From: Octopus vulgaris
Taxonomy: Eukaryota
DNA: 64,000 nt
Assembly: GCA_951406725.2 (NCBI GenBank)
Contig: OX597837.1
Coordinates: 186,001-250,000, forward strand
Direction of reading: 5' to 3'
Part shown: piece after piece, positions 14,315 to 28,689 of the stretch
How the letters are laid out: every line of letters begins with the position of its first letter
Numbering within the stretch: the first letter of the stretch is position 1
Program-made: the position numbers and the translations under genes
Notes under the pieces: generated by a model
What the model was told of the DNA's origin: nothing
Seen by the model: only the letters and a program-made list of their open reading frames with translations
The model's database searches: none

Positions 14315-16239
14315 TGTATGTATGTATGTATGTATGTATGTATGTATGTATGTATGTATGTATGGCGTTGTTTTTATATGGCTCTATATTATATTTGTTG
14401 TCCATTCTCGTCAGGTCTGCTGAAATGTCAAAATGTCGGAAAGAGACAGTAAAATTCACAAAATTTCTATCAAAACCTTTGTTGGATGATATTTCTGCAA
14501 TGTGTAAAGGAATATGTTAATGTGTGTGTGTGTATGAGCGTGAGTGTGTGTGGCCTGTGTGTTCGTTTGTACGTGTATGTGTATGTATGTGCATGTTGTA
14601 TGTTGTGTGTGCGTTACATGTTTGTGTGTGTCTATGTGTATGAGTGTGTGAGTCTTGTACACCGTATGTGTGTACGTGATGTATATAGCATGTGTGCAGG
14701 TGTAATGTGTATGTATATGTTATGTAATATATGAGTATGAGTATCACGTATTCTGTGTGTGTGTGTCGTCTGTATTGTTAAATGTGCTTTGTGTATTATG
14801 TGCGGTTATAAGGAGAAAAAGGTAGTGGCAGGGCGGAGAAGGATAAGAGATAGTGTTCTATCAAATGTAGCGCTGGTGGTTGTGGTGGTGATAGTGATGA
14901 TGGTGGTTGTGGTACAAGTAGTTCTGGTATTGATGATGATGATGATAGTGGTGTGGACATCGATGAAGGTGGTATGGTGGTAGTGGTAGTTCTGGTTTAA
15001 GAAAAGGTATTAGTGATGCTGGTGCTGGTGGAGATCGATGATGGGGGCGATGGTGTTGATAGAGAGCGATGATGGAGCCGACTCTGTTTATGGTGGGAGT
15101 GGTGGTGGTTGGGCCAAGTACAGACCCTGATGATGGTGGAGGTGGTGGTGTTGATGAAGATATCTGTAAAATAGAATGGCAGATAGTTTTACAATAGGAT
15201 TTGTAGAGACTATTAAGGTGGCGGCGGCGGCGGCAACAGCGATGATGGTGATAGTGACGACAGTGGCTCAAAGTGGGGAGGGGGCAGTGAAGTTGTTGGT
15301 TGACTCAGAGTTGACTTATGTTTAAAATCGTTCTACTTATGACCACCCAGTCTTTTTTTTCTTCTTGCAGACATATACACCAACCTGCATAATCCTATCT
15401 GCCAATTGTTTGAAAACGGCAGAAGGTGATTTGAGAGAGATTTAGTTGCTATATCTAGCAAATCGAGAAGCCTAGTAGAGGTTCACTTTTTGGTTCGCCG
15501 GTGTTGGCATTGGAAATGGTGGTGTTGGTGTTAGTGGTAATAGCGTCTGTCAAGGAGACAGGGTAATTACTTGTATATGATCATCGGTCTAGTCTGATAT
15601 AGGTGTTGGCCACTAGACACTATGACTAACTGCTCTCACAGATCAACAGTCCACACTGGTAAACTGTTTTATGAGCAATGTAAACATTTGTTTACGGCCA
15701 TTCGTGGAGTTACTCATAGCAAGTAATAAACATGGCGAATTTTACGTTTAACTTCGGAAGTACTGCACATGTGCATTGAAGAACATATTCATACAGATGA
15801 GACTTCTGCTACAAGATATTACTGCAACTAGCATATCAGAGACACGATTAGAGCTTTTTGAGAGAGACTTGGAAACCTGAATAGCAAAAAAATTGTATTA
15901 ACGCGAATAAGTAAATAAATAAGATAATATAAAAATAAATCCCACGATTTACTGAGAAGAATTGTGTGATTGTGATTGGCTAATAGAACACTTCCAATCG
16001 ACACATGACACATCTCTCTCCCGACCTCGCGTATCAGTGCAAATCAGAGCCAAATCGCTATCATCTCTTGTTAAAGGCTTTTAAAGTCGAAATATTGATA
16101 TCTAAACTAAAAAAAAATAATTAGCTTCTTTTTTATAATTTTTTTCCATTTTTATATTTCCGGCATTGTAGCGGCTTTGTTAAAACTCCTTTAACGAGCT
16201 TTCACAATGGGTAATTTATTTTCTAATACATTTAGGCAT

Positions 16240-16281
<42 letters not shown>

Positions 16282-16684
16282 CATACATATTTGTGTATGA
16301 CGGCTACCATTGGTTTCATGTTAAGTAAAATATCTTAATATCTTAACAATTTTTCAAACATGGAAGAATGGTGATCGTCCCCATAAAGAAATTCTATCCA
16401 CAAATGCGGTGTTGAGCACTCTTTCTCGTCGCTCGACATTTGGGGACTAAAATTTCTGGCAGATATTAATAAAGCACTCAGTATTAGATGGATTTAGTTA
16501 TCAATGTTCAATAATAAAATACAGATCCCAGGCAAATCCTCAATTATGACACATAAGTCTAAATATCCTTTGGCAGAATTTCGAGAAATTCAGACAATTG
16601 TCAAATTATGTAAAGAGAAAATTACAACTTTGTTACAGATCTCACCTCACAAAACCGACAGTTTTTGCTGCCTTAACACACACA

Positions 16685-16728
<44 letters not shown>

Positions 16729-16799
16729 CACACACACATAATTTCCGAAAATATATGTTAACACAACGTTATCAAGGCGATCTAAAGTTAGTGAAATTC

Positions 16800-16860
<61 letters not shown>

Positions 16861-16976
16861 TAGATAGATAGATAGAAAGGTACGATAAATTTTCTTTCCC
16901 ACGTGGTAAAGTGCAGTGAAAATTATTAAAAGGAAAATGCAGACGTTTTATGCTGCAAAATATATGTATATATATA

Positions 16977-18400
16977 TAGCCAATAAAAACACACGCACTA
17001 TATATTGGGTGTTAGTTTGCTTCAGCGTTATTCATTTTTTACATTAATCTTAATCTTATTTCGGCGTTAGTATCACCGGTGATGTGGCCAACCTTTTGAT
17101 GGTACAGAAGGCTTAAGGAACGCCTGACACAGAACTCCATACTCGTGAAAATGTACTCTCGCTATGTTGATGATATCAGCATAGTGGTAAAGGCACCTCC
17201 ACAAGAGAGTACTGTTGAAATAGAAATAGAAACTAATACTATGGAGAGCATTTAGCAAATAGCTAACTCCATCCACCAGAGTATTAAGGTCACGATAGAC
17301 TACTCCACTAAACACCCTAACCATAGACTACCTGTCCTAGACACAGAACTCTGACTGGAAACTGAGAATAATAAAACCCGAATCCTTCATTCGTACTATG
17401 CTAAACCTATGGATTCCAAATACATGATCCACCGGAACTCAGCTATCGCGGACAATGCCAAATTCAATATTTTGATGGCAGACCTCGTCAGAATAATGCG
17501 AAATGTGTCCCGCATGTGCGAGCCTAAAGAGTTAAAGAGACACATACAACATTCCGTTCACCGCATGCATGTCTCAGGTTACAGCCATAAAGAAAAGATC
17601 AGAGTATACAAAGGAGCCATGAAGAAATTTGATACTAGCTTATGTAATGATAGGAATGGGATTTGCCCACTCTATAGGAGCAAGTCATGGAACACTATTG
17701 AAAGGACTAAGAAGAAAATAGGGAAGGCCAACTCTTGGTATGGTAGCCACACATACCAGTGTCATATTCGTCGACACCACTCCTAGAGGCGAACTGGCGT
17801 ACCGCTTTAGAAGGGCCCTAGACAAACTTAAGCTAAGGATTAAGGCTATTGAAAGGCCAGACAACCCTATCAAATCCCTAATTGGTAGAACCTACCCTTT
17901 TAGTAGAACCCCCTGTACAGATAGGAACTGTACTGAGTGTAGATTTAGCCCACAAACAAACTGTAAAGCCAGAAATGTAGTCTATAGTATAAGATGTATA
18001 GAGGGACGATGCAGTAACAAGACAATGACATACGTAGGGGAAACGGCACGGAGCATAGGAGAGCGGGTAAATGGACATTGGAGAGAACTTAAGGAAGAAA
18101 AGAGCTCATCGGTTCTGTACCAACACCCCAAGCAGGAACACGGGGGATCACTCAACAAAATAAAAGTTAAAATCTTGTCCACACATAGAACAGTCTCAAC
18201 AATCAGACAAATTACGGAAGCTACACACATAATAGAAGATAAACCTAGCCTGAATAGGAAACTGGAATGGAATACTACCACACACCACAGCATATGACAG
18301 ATGAAGACCCCCATAAACTGGTAACAATATAAACAAAACTAAAACATAATAAAATACACAGATAAATAAACAAATGGAAGTAAATAACTATATACATTAA

Positions 18401-18431
<31 letters not shown>

Positions 18432-18437
18432 TAATAA

Positions 18438-18477
<40 letters not shown>

Positions 18478-18870
18478 TTAATAATAATAATAATAACAAG
18501 TAGGTGTAAACACATGAACAAAATAAAAATAAGCAAAAATAAAAACAAATTACACGAACGTATATAAACAGGAGATACAAATATTACAGGCACACCATCC
18601 CACACACACACTAACTAAACATAAACACACAAAGAGGTATACGCATGCGCAAATGAAGACATATGCAATAGGAATACAAAATACAAAATGGCTGACCGTT
18701 AGTAAGGAGAGACACACAAATAAGAAAGAAAAAAGCAAAGGACCACTGATGCGGTTACAGGAGTGTGATGAATGAACTCTGGCCGAAATAAGATTAAGAT
18801 TAATGTAAAAAATAAATAACACTGAAGCAAAGTAACACCAAATATATAGTGCGTGTGTTTTTATTGGCTA
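16977..18870 (+). mobile_element. Penelope-like element, 5'-truncated, bounded by ~89-bp inverted repeats
   Basis: RT motif RYVDDI (17160-17177), PLE thumb region (17409-17786), Cys-rich linker and GIY-YIG ORF; inverted repeats at 16977-17065 and 18782-18870. Confidence 0.9.
17740..18297 (+). pseudogene. PLE C-terminal Cys-linker + GIY-YIG endonuclease (frameshifted from the RT)
   Basis: PC..RNC.EC linker, VVYSIRC...YVGETARSIGERVNGH, EATHI...PSLN. Confidence 0.88.
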
Positions 18871-19169
18871 AACTGGCAAAATGACCATTCCTAAAAACAA
18901 CAATATATATATATTCCTATGTAATAAAATATATACATCATCGACCGACTTCGTTAGTGTTAATCATCATGATGACGTTAGTGATAATGTTACAGTTTCA
19001 TGCTATCATAAGTTTTCAATTCTATGCTGGCAGGAGTAAGGATATTTTGTACATATCGTTCTGCCTACTATTATGGCATTGAAAAACCTGTATAATTCAA
19101 AACCAGGCGAAACGAATCGCTCCGTAAATAATCCGGAAAGGTAGATAGCGATATTTCGTTGGTACGTTA

Positions 19170-19510
19170 GTTCTCAGTACCGTATACTCGAGTCCTCTTT
19201 GCAGACGAGGTCAAATCGCTGGTCTGAGATATATACGAATTGCATAAAATCTATCCGCTGATGTGAAAAACGTCGCACAATTGAAATAAGATTAAATTTT
19301 GAGTTAGAGGTAGCTCTAATACTGAGGTTAAAGTATACGGTTGCGATGATTTCAAATGGCAGCTGAGTATCCCTATCCACTGTTCTCGTTTACCGACGAA
19401 GCGATTCATTCCGCTTGGTTTTGAGGTGTACAATGCTTTTTAAACACTTTCTCTGTTAAAAACTTTCTCTGGATGAAATACCGCAGTTTAAAAGCTTTTA
19501 AACGAAACAT
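19170..19510 (+). pseudogene. Degraded 3' end of a CR1-like LINE ORF2
   Basis: LESSLQTRSN, YPYPLFS and FLNTFSVKNFLW resemble the L.SL..RR...HPY...NSF..RT..LWN terminus. Confidence 0.35.
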
Positions 19511-19649
19511 ACATTAAGTATGTGACATTAATAATATGTAATATATGATATATAATATGCGTACATATATATATGTATGTATATGTATACATATGTATAT
19601 GGTACCCCACAACTCCACTTTGTTATATATATATATATATATATACATA

Positions 19650-19743
<94 letters not shown>

Positions 19744-19836
19744 CATATATATATACATATATATATATGTACATATATATATATAAATATATATGCATAT
19801 ATATATTTATATATATATATACATACATATATATAT

Positions 19837-19887
<51 letters not shown>

Positions 19888-20266
19888 GATGTACATGTAT
19901 ATGTTCATAGATACACACAAAGGCATACACACGCATGTTCACTGATGTAATTATCAACCAGGGAGAGAACACATTACCATCAATGTAATAAATATAATTG
20001 TGATGTATATAATTGTAATGCATTCCATTGTGGTATAAATCGTTGTAATCGAACAAAACTTTCAAACTGTGATCGATGTACTTTTAAAAATATTTCTATC
20101 ATAGAAAGATTATTTATCAAATAAAACAAACGACATAGCGATTAGGTTAGACTGGAGGCAGGTTCAAAACTGATGTAAGATGTCTAGACGTTGCGGGTTC
20201 ACGTACGTCAACTGCTGATCTTTATTCTGACACACACACACACAGCCACACAGACACACACACACA

Positions 20267-20306
<40 letters not shown>

Positions 20307-21222
20307 AACATGTGTACGCGCATGATGATGATGATGATGATGATGATGATGGCCTCATCTTGTCATGCGAGAGCCGTCTCACATTCAGCGTGAATGTTTT
20401 GAATTCACATTCATCCTTACATGTACGTGAGTAGGACTTTACACGTCACTCATCCATCGCCATAGGCTTTTATGAAATAGAAACCGAATCCAGACATGAA
20501 AGGATCGTGGGACATCTGCAATGTCGTTAGACAAAAGCTTGGACAACGCTTTTGCCGCTCTCTCGGTTACTTCCAGTGACAAGCTTCGCAAGATGACGGT
20601 TTCTAATCTTGACTGCAGGTTTTATGTCAGGGTGTCTTTCTCCTAAAACATTTACCTTCCCCACAGTTCTGTGAAAAACAACAGGAGCCTATTCTACCCT
20701 TGGGGAATTTATTCAATCCATAGATAAGATTCTGACAGCTACTACCATTCCCGGTCAGAACGGACTTGGGAATAATGGTAATTAAGGGGCGACTCCACGC
20801 TCTCCACAACTCTACAACTCCTGAATTGGTGCCTCACCATCGGATGCAGTTTAATGTCTTACCCATACACCCTCTAGCTTTAGATGAGAAGTAAAATTCC
20901 CAGCAGCAGTATTTTGGTTTGGGTTCGTGCTAAATTTGATTTCCTGTTATTGTCAATGCATCATTTGGATGGAATCAACAGTCTGGTCCGGCAGTTGTTG
21001 CTGTTCCAGTAATGGTAACTTTCCAGTATATATACTCAAACCGGTTTTCTTTCCACTCGACATTTGAATCGCCTCCTATTTGTAACTTGGTGAATAATTG
21101 TCAGTAAAATCGTTGCTTAAATTCTCATTCCTTCATTCACCCGTCAGTTGCGCAACTACGATATTTTGTAAAATGTGTGTGTGTATGTATATGCATGTAT
21201 AAGTGTGTATCTGTGTATGTGA

Positions 21223-21281
<59 letters not shown>

Positions 21282-21439
21282 GGAGAGAGAGAAAGGAAAA
21301 AATGCAACAAAGAGAGAGAGAAAGGGAGGGGGAGTGAGAGAGAAACGCAGAAGGAGAGAGAGAGAACACCGCAAGCATTGTGAGGCAACGGGATAGAAAC
21401 AATGAACAGAACACGAAATAGTCACAGATGAAGGAATTT

Positions 21440-21655
21440 GTGATCCTTTGTACACTCCATCAGAACTTGATTAAAGGTCAAGCAGTAAGCCTCATATTAC
21501 CCTCTCCCTTACCGTCTTGAGAAGAAAATAAATAAATAAAACATGACATATTAGACAACAACCCTCAATATTTCTAGAAATACAAGATGGCCACCGCTAG
21601 AGTTTTCATTGATCATAGGTCAGCCCGATCAGGACTGACCTCGGGCTAAACAACA
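21440..21655. mobile_element. Dispersed repeat family D (diverged SINE-like); further copies near 2415-2560, 2785-2860, 15300-15490, 31580-31660, 32455-32540, 33790-33970 and 42300-42340
   Basis: Recurrent motifs gatttgagggagatttggctgctatttctagcag and ttgatcataggtc...tgacc..gggctaaacaacaac occur in several degenerate copies on both strands. Confidence 0.5.
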
Positions 21656-22652
21656 ACGACGACGACGACGATAACAACAACAACACGAAATACAGTGTGA
21701 AATACAGTGTGAACTGTATCAAAGATTTGCTGTATAAAAGTTTTCAAAAATTCTAATGAAAAATGCCATCATGGAAATTAACAAGTCTGAAAGGTCTGTA
21801 ATCGTTAAAAGATAAAAATCTTTTGACGTATCGGCCACCATGATAATTATAAATTCAGACATTATTTGGTTGATTTAAATAATGAGCTTTGACAAACTTG
21901 GTGTCATCCAAATTAGAAATTTTATATAATAAAAAATATAACAACAAAATTTTTGATCAGCAAATCAGTTCTAATAGGCCAAGGAATAAAAAATATATAT
22001 ATAGACATAGTATTGAAAAACAAATAAAAATAAAGAAAAATAAAGAAAACAAAGAAAAAGATGAAAGTGTTGACACATCTCTAAACTATCCAAATTAGAT
22101 CAATTTTAAAAGGCGTAAAGTAAATATTTTTATTAATCAATTATGACATGTCTCAGATATACATGCGTATGTTCATACATACATACATACATGCAAACGA
22201 ACGTACTACGTACATACATACATGCTTACATACGTACGTACATACATATGTGCATACATACATACGAACATACATATATGCATACATACATATAAGCATA
22301 CATATGAACATATATGCATGCATGTGAACATACATATACACCTACATACGTACATACATGCATACGTACATATATACAATCATATTCATATACATATATG
22401 CACTCACAAATATACATATATATATATACATACACACCACATATACATAGACATAAATATATTTACATGCACACACACACACATATATATATATACATGC
22501 GTACATACATATACAAACATACATACATACATACATACGTATGAAGGAACACTAGATCTAGGTTAGAAACTGGTTCTTCCTCTATTGGCAAGAAGTATTG
22601 AAATAAACTGAATAATGGCATATATATATATATACACACACATATATATGTT

Positions 22653-22685
<33 letters not shown>

Positions 22686-22790
22686 GTATATATATATATA
22701 TATAAACTTAAACTTAGATAAACTTAGATATGTTTCGACCAAAGATTGGTCCAGGCCATGTCTAACTTAATAGGATTATTCGAATCCTGT

Positions 22791-24539
22791 TTAAGTCAAG
22801 TTTTGTTCAAGTAGTGAGTTCTTGTTGGGTGGGTTGTATCCAATTATGGGTGGCTTATCTGGTATTCTTTGAAGGAATCTATCCAGACTCTGTTTAAAGT
22901 TGATGGGATCCTTTTCCTCTTTGATCTCCCTCGGGACAATGTTAAATAGGGCAAGGCCTGTTGAGGAAAAGAAATTATGTTGCAGTGTACATGTATGTTG
23001 TGATCTTGAATTGGGCAGGGGACGTATAGCCCGTGGTCCAAGTCTTGGATGAACCTTGAAGCTAATGTTTAGATCGTTTGGGCAAAGTTGGCGGTATATT
23101 TTCCACATCGTACAAATGATGTACCGCTCCCGGCGACGCTGGAGGGAGTAAAGTTTCAAGGCTTTAAGGCGATCCCAATAATCGAGAGCAGCCATGCCTT
23201 CAATTTGTTTAGTGAGAGCCCTCTGGGGTGACTCAATTCTGGAGATGTTTTGTCTTGTATGAGGAGACCACAGTGGGCAGCAGTATTCAAGGTGTGGCCG
23301 TACAAAGGAGGAAAAAAGTGGTATGATGACACCTTGTTCTCTGGACCGGAAAGTTCTTAAGATCCAGGAACTCATCCTACGAGCTATATCGACCTTCTTG
23401 TTGATGTGTGCACTCCAACTGAGATCGTCATCAACAATTACACCCGAGTCTCTGATATTGTTAGAGGCTGTGAGCGGTTCCCCTGAAGGAAGAGAGTATG
23501 GTTGTTTTAGTGAGGAATTTCTTCCAAAATACATCAGCTCAAATTTTCCCTCATTCAGTTGCATTTTGTTTCTGTCTGCCCATTGACTCACAGCATATAG
23601 ATCAGACTGGAGTTGAGTTCGGTCTGCTTCTTCATTGACGATTTGCTGGAGCTTAGTGTCATCAGCGAATATTTTCACTTTGCAGTAATGTACGACACTG
23701 GAAAGGTCGTTTACGTAGATTATGAAGAGTAGCGGACCCAAAACAGTTCCCTGGGGAACACCGCTGGTGACTTTTGCTGGGTTTGAGTGGACTCCATCAA
23801 CTACAACATGTTGTGTTCTATTCGCTAGGAAATACTTAATCCAGTGTAGAACTTTTCCACGGATTCCAACGTTTGCCAATTTTGAGAGTAGGATGTTATG
23901 GTCTACCCTGTCGAACGCTTTACTGAAGTCAAGATATATGACGTCAGAGTTCGAACCTGTTCCCAAGGCTTTGAGTACATCATCAATGTGGTGTAAGAGC
24001 TGTGTTAGACAGTCCCTGCCACAGCGAAAGCCATGCTGATTTGAATTTAGGAGTTTGTGGGTCTCCAGGAAGTCAGCTATCCTTGATCTGAACACTCTTT
24101 CAAACACTTTAATGATGTGGGAGGTGTGTGAGATTGGGCGATAGTTGACTGCGAGGGATCTGTTTCCCTGTTTGAAAACCGGGATGACCAACTGGGATAG
24201 AAACTGTTTCGGTATATAACCTGCGTCTAACGAATTTCTCCAGAGGTTGGTCAGAGGGTCTGTAAGTTGATATCTATATTCCTTCAGGAGACTAGCGGGA
24301 AATCTATCAGGGCCTACAGCAGAGTAATGTTTGACCTCATTTATTGCTGCTACGATGTCGGTGGCAGTGAAGGTTATGTCTGAGATTTTGTGTTGGGAGT
24401 CAACTTCGTTCCTTTCCCTTACGTCAATATCAGTGGGAACACTAAAGACAGAGCAGTATTGTTTCTGCAGTATTTCTGCCATTTCTTTAGCATCGTGTTG
24501 GGGAATGCTGTGAGACAGTGGTTCTATGCTTATTTGCAT
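22791..24539 (-). pseudogene. LINE reverse transcriptase (ORF2 C-terminal part)
   Basis: GPD, NYRPIS, QHGFR, YLDFSKAFD, SGVPQGTVLGPLLF, FADDTK, RPHLEYC..LWSPH, LYSLQRRRER. Confidence 0.95.
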
Positions 24540-25812
24540 AAGAATAGAACACTTTTGGGTTCTGTTTGATGTTTTTGATTACCCATTGTTCCTCCACAGC
24601 TCTTTGATTTTCAATGGAGGTTTTCATGTTGGTCTGCAGATGAAGTTCTTCCAGCTCTAGTCTTTTCATTGTTGTTGAATGTGGATGTTGTATGTGGGAA
24701 TATTTTAATTGGTTGATTTTTTTGTTGAGTCTTTTGATGCGCCTGATGAGTGTTTTTTTCTTTTTAGGGAGCCGGTTTCTGTTTGTGTTAGTAGATTTCT
24801 TGGGAGCGTGTTTAGAGCATGTATAGGTGATAATGTTTTCAAAGTGCTGCCACGCGGTCTCAATATGAGAGGAATTGAGAGTAAAAGACCAGTCGATGGA
24901 AGACAGATCCTTTCTGATTGTTCCCCAGTCCGCTTTGTGGAAGTTTATGTTGTCAAATGGGTGCCATGGAGTGGGATTGGCTGGTTTGGTTTTTATATGT
25001 CGGGAATTAAGATTGCAGAGTACCATGTCGTGGTCTGAGAGGAGAGTTTTTTCGACTGAAATACTGTGAACGTAGCTAGAGTGATTGGTCAATACCAGAT
25101 CCAAGATCGTTTTATTCTGTCTCGTTGGTTCAAGCACTAGCTGAGTCAGGAAATACTCATCCATCAGATTAAAGAGCAGTTCTGCTGCTGCTCTATCTGA
25201 TGTAGAGCACTTGCCTAACATCAGAGTATTTGTGGGCCAGTTCACATGAGGGAGGTTAAAATCACCCATCACTAGTATGTTTCCGGAGTGGTACTTCCGA
25301 AGGAAGGACTTGACTTTGCTAAGGCACTCTTCAAAGTACTTTAGAGGTGCCTGGGGAGGCCTGTAAAGACCAACAATGGTTATGTCCTTGGCTTTGTTGT
25401 ATAGTGATACCGATTCACAGCAGCCATTAGAAAATATGTCCTTGGTATCAAGTGAAAAGGAGTCATGGATGAAGATGGCTGTCCCTCCCTTATTTCGGTC
25501 TGTGCGATCCGCACGAACAATGGTGAAATCTTTTATTTTCACCTCTGCGTCCATATGGGTGTTGTTCAGGTGAGTCTCGGTAAGGATAAAGAAAGGGAAG
25601 CAATGTGCCATTTCGGCAAGCCAACTCTCTATATATGGGATCTTCCATTTTTGGGCAATAATTGATGGGTTGATGCCACGTACATTTAACAGGAATGTCG
25701 AGGTAAGGGAAGTTGGTAATGGGTGAGTGGTCCTTGTGATTTGCATAGATGGTTGGTGATAGCTCGCTGGATCTCCTGGCTTAGGTCGGCCTTCATATTT
25801 TCCAGGGGGCAA
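24487..25812 (-). pseudogene. LINE AP-endonuclease (ORF2 N-terminal part)
   Basis: LNVRG, LTETHL, DR...KGGG-like, YRPP, MGDFNLP, PTR...LDLVLTN, SDH. Confidence 0.93.
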
Positions 25813-25929
25813 AGGAAAGTGATTGCGTCTCTCATAGCCTCTCCTCTCCAGGTGTAATGATCGCTGCAGAACTTCTACTTGGCTGCGCCTTGTGGAAAGT
25901 TCTTGCTTATGGCCTCTCCTGCACTACTG

Positions 25930-26355
25930 TGTCCACAGCAGCACCTTCACGCGGTACCCCCTGTTCTCACTGAGCCTGCTGTGTGGAGCGACCGGGTGCT
26001 TGGCGGTATAACCAGGTGGGCAGACTGGGCTCGTTAGCCTTGGTTGGCAGCCAGTCTAGGAGAAGGAAAACTCTGACTCCAAACCCTCGCTCCGCTGCCT
26101 TGCGGATGCTCTTGGGAGAGGGAAAGGCTATGGGAGTAAACCCAGACAGAAAATCCAGAGTGGAGCCCCGAAGGCGGTAGGGTGTCGAATCTCGACCCTT
26201 TTCCGGCAACTCCTGCAGCCAACCAGACTCCAAACGTACTGCACTGCATTCCTTTGGATTATGTCTGGGGGGCCGAGAGGGAGATTCTGGTGTCTGGGCA
26301 GCCCAGTGTCTTCGTTCCTACCGCCCAGGCTTGCGCCATGGAGAAAGTACTCCAT

Positions 26356-26385
<30 letters not shown>
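25930..26385 (+). mobile_element. Short non-coding polyadenylated element resembling an RTE-clade 5' UTR
   Basis: Motif GGCAGCCAGTCTAGGAGAAGGAAAACTCTGACTCCAAACC, which I recall as typical of RTE 5' UTRs; terminal hairpin ATGGAG-AAAGTA-CTCCAT; ~29-A tail at 26357-26385. Confidence 0.65.
25934..25983 (+). ncRNA. HDV/CPEB3-like ribozyme fold (5' P1 strand missing)
   Basis: P2 CACAGCAG/CTGCTGTG, P3 ACC/GGT, L3 TTCACGC, P1 3' strand ACCCCCT, J4/2 CTGA (C-N-R-A). Confidence 0.6.
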
Positions 26386-26432
<47 letters not shown>

Positions 26433-26491
26433 CATATACATATATAATACATAGACACACACATAATTCTCCGGACCTTTAGTGTCTCCTC

Positions 26492-26525
26492 GTTCTGAAG
26501 AAGAGCCATGCTAGAAACGTTAGAC
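26492..26525 (+). ncRNA. Minimal type I hammerhead-like motif (stem II base mismatched)
   Basis: GTT CTGAAGA AGAGCCATGCTA GAAAC GTTA GAC: both core boxes, a palindromic AACGTT stem III and a short stem I. Confidence 0.45.
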
Positions 26526-26627
26526 TCCCATTCTTTTTTCCCTATTATACTGAGCCTCATCCTAATACATTCCATGGGTATACCTTTTTAATTTCTGTTA
26601 TTTGTGTCTTTTAATTTTCGATTTGCC

Positions 26628-26668
<41 letters not shown>

Positions 26669-26839
26669 ATGTATACAAATTAAATTAGAGATAAAGCCAC
26701 TATTAGGCAAATCAAACAGTGAAAGACATAAACCAAAACATAAAAATAAATATCATTAATATAATATACAAAATAAATAAAATATAAAATTTAAAATTTA
26801 AGTTATTTAAATTTAAAATTTAAAATTTATACTTATAAA

Positions 26840-27078
26840 TTTTCATATTTTTATATGTTTTAAATTTTAAATTTATAAATTTTTAAACTTTAATTTTTTA
26901 ATTTTTTAATTTTTTAATTAATTAATTTTCTTTTTTTATACTATCAAAAAGTACTAAAAAGTTTAATATAATATAATAAGTAAATAAGTATTTTGATAGT
27001 ATAAAGAAAATTAATTAAAAAATTAAAGTTTAAAAATTTATAAATTTAAAATTTAAAAAATATAAAAATATAAAAATG
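26840..27078. repeat. AT-rich imperfect inverted repeat (~90-110-bp arms)
   Basis: 26843-26950 is the approximate reverse complement of 26990-27072 (e.g. tatactatcaaaa / ttttgatagtata). Confidence 0.7.
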
Positions 27079-27140
27079 TATGTATGTGTGTATGTCTGTC
27101 TATCTATCTATCTATCTTTCTATCTATCTATCTATCTATG

Positions 27141-28600
<1,460 letters not shown>

Positions 28601-28689
28601 ATAGGATTAGCTCGTATACGAGTAGGTATATATTTGTAAAAAATGAAGTTCGAAAATGCTGCTATATTATTCAATTTTTATATATACAT

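Larger units (their letters stand above)
22703..25920 (-). mobile_element. CR1-type LINE, 5'-truncated, APE-RT ORF2 with one frameshift
   Basis: Adjacent APE and RT frames; short 3' UTR ending in TCTAAGTTTA-type tandem tail repeats next to (TA)n. The 5' boundary is approximate. Confidence 0.92.

Noticed and set aside
16290-16530. Possible mariner fragment on the minus strand
   Set aside because: Motif similarity too weak to support a call
20680-20875. Segment resembling a mollusc SINE body from memory
   Set aside because: No second copy or tRNA head in this window; cannot be supported without a database search
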